Assembly (NCBI GenBank): GCA_964016885.1
Contig: OZ024743.1
Location: forward strand, 360,592,001 to 360,656,000
DNA length: 64,000 nt
Direction of reading: 5' to 3'
From: Eledone cirrhosa
Lineage: Eukaryota
Below the pieces are notes generated by a model that had not been told where the DNA came from, did no database searches, and worked only from the letters and a program-made list of their open reading frames with translations. Shown in pieces: positions 61,401 through 64,000 of the stretch. The position numbers were made by a program, and so were the translations under genes. Within the stretch, counting starts at the first letter, position 1. Each line of letters starts with the position of its first letter.

Positions 61401-62014
61401 TCACATTGTATCCGAGTGTAAACACCTAGCCCAGACTCACTCTAAAGGCTGGAGACATGATGTGATGGGCAGGGTGATCCACTGGCACCTATGCAAAGTA
61501 AACAATTTACCACATTCTGAGAAGTGGTATGAGCATAAGCCAGAGTCGGTGATAGAAAATGATCAGGTGAAGGTGCTGTGGGATTTTAGGATACAGACGG
61601 ACAAGAAACTGGAACACAATAGACCTGACCTGGTGGTTTTGGACAAGGAAAAAAGATCGTGCCTGATTGTGTATGTTGCCTGCCCATTCGACACGAGAGT
61701 GCATGAGAAGGAGAGGGAGAAAATTAGCCGATACCAGGACTTAAAGTGGAAGGTAAAAAGGATTTGGAACTGCCATGAAGTCAAAGTGGTCCCGATTGTC
61801 ATAGGCGCACTAAGGACTGTCTCAAAATGTTTCTAGGGATGCTTAAAAAAACTGGCCCCGCCCCGCTTTTTGGAACACTTCAAAACGCATGCTTGCTGGG
61901 AACAGCAAGAACCCTCCGATACGTCCTGAATATCTGAGGCTGCAGGTAGTGGTTTGATATTCATTTCAACAAACTTTCCAGTTAACTAACATCAATGACT
62001 GAGACTCAGAGAAC

Positions 62015-62050
<36 letters not shown>
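58460..62050 (+). mobile_element. near full-length R4/Dong-clade LINE, inactivated
   Basis: WKSPGPD, NYRPITCL, WIDYKKAFD, HLLFMDNLKL, CRIC..ETVAHIVSEC, RHD, NRPDLVV, EK..Y.DL; stops and frameshifts, QGDSLSP motif missing; (TAA)n tail. Confidence 0.93.
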
Positions 62051-62051
<1 letters not shown>

Positions 62052-64000
62052 TTTTCTTTATTAACCACAAGGGTTTACACAAAGTAGTCATTAAGGAATG
62101 TACAGGACAATACAGGACGGTACAAATGGGCAATTCTGCGTGTAAAAAAATCAATAACAGGATGTAACAAAACATAACAATGAAAAATTCCCCAATAGAG
62201 GGGAGACTTCCGAGGGAGATTTGTGGAGAAAGCCAATTAAAAGACCACAGTGACGCTGACCACCAGGGCATGTACCCTCTCCCAGTTTTCCACCTTTAAT
62301 TTACAGACACATACTCAGAGTAGGCCCATTCACTCGGGCCATACTTGCTTCTCTCATCCATCTTTCAACAAAATGCTGGGAAGAGAGCACTTCCCTCTCT
62401 ACCCTGATTTTCCTTTTCAAATGAATTTTGAAAAAGTTAATCAGGGCATCACCGAAGAGGTAAGTGTTCGTCTTCAGCCCTTTCAAACGTGTCCACCATA
62501 CTATCTCTTTCGCCATGGCCACCAGACAGATAAAAACTTCCTGCCCTTCCCGGCTAAAGGAAGAGGGCGGGGCAATCCTCACGATGGACTTAGCTGATAG
62601 CTGGATCCGCCCTACACGTGACAGCAGGCGTTTGACATAAACCCACAAGTCGGGCAATGCTCGGACACTGGACGAGTGCGTGCAGGACGGTTTCGTCGCC
62701 CTGCGCGCATCTCGGACATGCCCGGCTAACGGCACCTCCATGCCTGTAGAGTTTATCCCGAACTGTCAAAGCTCATCGGTAGCACTGCCAGGCCAGGGAT
62801 TTCTGGAAATTGTCCATAGGTCCCGGCCCGAAAGACCTACCGAAGAGACTGGCTAGTTGATTTTCGTCGACGCCTAGAGTTTCTCCAAGTACGTCGTCGC
62901 TCTTCCCCTCTACTAATCCTCTATAGAACGCCAAGGTGGAGTTTCCACCGATCACATTGCCCGATTGGTCGAGGGCTGTGAGCACCTGAACACATTCTAG
63001 TCTCCAAGCGCTCCCTCTCGGTCTTCGCTTGACCCAGGGCTGCAGCTTCGTCAAGTAGACGAGTTGGGGAAAGACGTGTCTAGCAAACAGCGACCACACC
63101 TGATCACCGTCGAGGAAGAGGTGGAGACGTCGTAGCCTGAGCGCGTGTCTGCACAACATCTTCCACGGCATGCCCAGCCCTCCACGTAGCGGGTGTTGAC
63201 AGCAGATGGACCGCCTGACCATCGGAGCGCGTCCCTTCCACAAAAAGTGAAAGAGCAAACGCTCCAGCGCAGTCAGGCGGGGCTTAGGACAAGGTACGAC
63301 GGTCAGGCGGTAGTAGATGACGGACGCGATGTATGCGTTAGCCACCTCCACTCGACCTTTCAGGGATAGCTTCCTATCCGCCCATTTCTAGGTGAGAGAA
63401 GCCACCCTGCTCATCACCTCATCCCAGTTTTTGTCCGTCTGGAGGTCCGGACCGAATCAGACCCCTAGCAATTTAACCGGTCCGTCCGTCCAGCGCCCGA
63501 CGACGCTGTTGGACGGCATGGACCTGCCTCTTCACGTGCCGAGGTGCAGGCAAACTGACTTTTCTTGGTTGATCATTGCTCCTGTCACCGCTTCGTATTC
63601 TTTTAGTGTAGTGCCGATCGCATCGATGTGTTTGGCGTACGACACGACTATGGTGACATCGTCCGCATATGCTGACACGGATCTTCCGCATCCTAGTTCG
63701 CGCAGGACCCTCCTCAACGTCCCCAGTTTGTGCAGTAATGGCTCGAGAGTCAATACGTACAAGAGGGATGAGAGGGGACATCCTCGGCGGACCGAGCGGA
63801 TGATGTTGAACGGTTCCGAAAGGTGACCGTTCACTCTCACCACAGAGCAGATATCGCTGTGCATGGTAGCGATCCAGCCTCTGAAGATGGGCCCAAAGCC
63901 AGCCGCCCATAGGACTGCTGCTAGGTAACGATGGTCAACCCTATCGAAAGCTTTCGACTGATCTAAATTGATCAAGGACCCACCTGTGCCAGGTTCCCTA
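62051..64000 (-). mobile_element. Tx1/L1-clade LINE ORF2 3' half, decayed, runs off the window
   Basis: INLDQSKAFDRVDH, SVRRGCPLS.LLY, YADDV, FLWKG, GGLGMP, AKEIVWWTR; AATAAA at 62057-62062 on minus strand. Confidence 0.9.

Noticed and set aside
58633-61802. Antisense ORFs over the R4/Dong LINE
   Set aside because: Shadow frames of the LINE coding strand

Overview
AT-rich, microsatellite-dense eukaryotic DNA, almost entirely transposon-derived. The tRNA-derived SINEs and the repeat landscape look cephalopod (Octopus-like); this is an inference. No complete host gene is visible, only a few weak candidate minus-strand exons. The window is dominated by Penelope-like elements (PLEs): a near-intact Neptune-type copy with a 1.5-kb inverted 5' duplication (34495-40456), decayed Hydra-type copies, and many short fold-back PLE derivatives lodged in (TA)n tracts. 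Reading both strands gives more than 20 type I hammerhead ribozyme (HHR) motifs from about ten families, including U3-A8 core variants, long-stem-II variants and one full-size HHR in a ~550-bp non-coding tandem unit. The Neptune copy has an in-phase HIV-like U_UUU_UUA heptamer in the overlap of its upstream ORF and its RT ORF, suggesting gag-pol-style -1 frameshifting. Also present: an R4/Dong LINE and a Tx1/L1 LINE tail-to-tail on one (TAA)n tract, a rearranged RTE LINE, non-autonomous Helitrons and SINEs. All calls were made by eye; no database searches were run.
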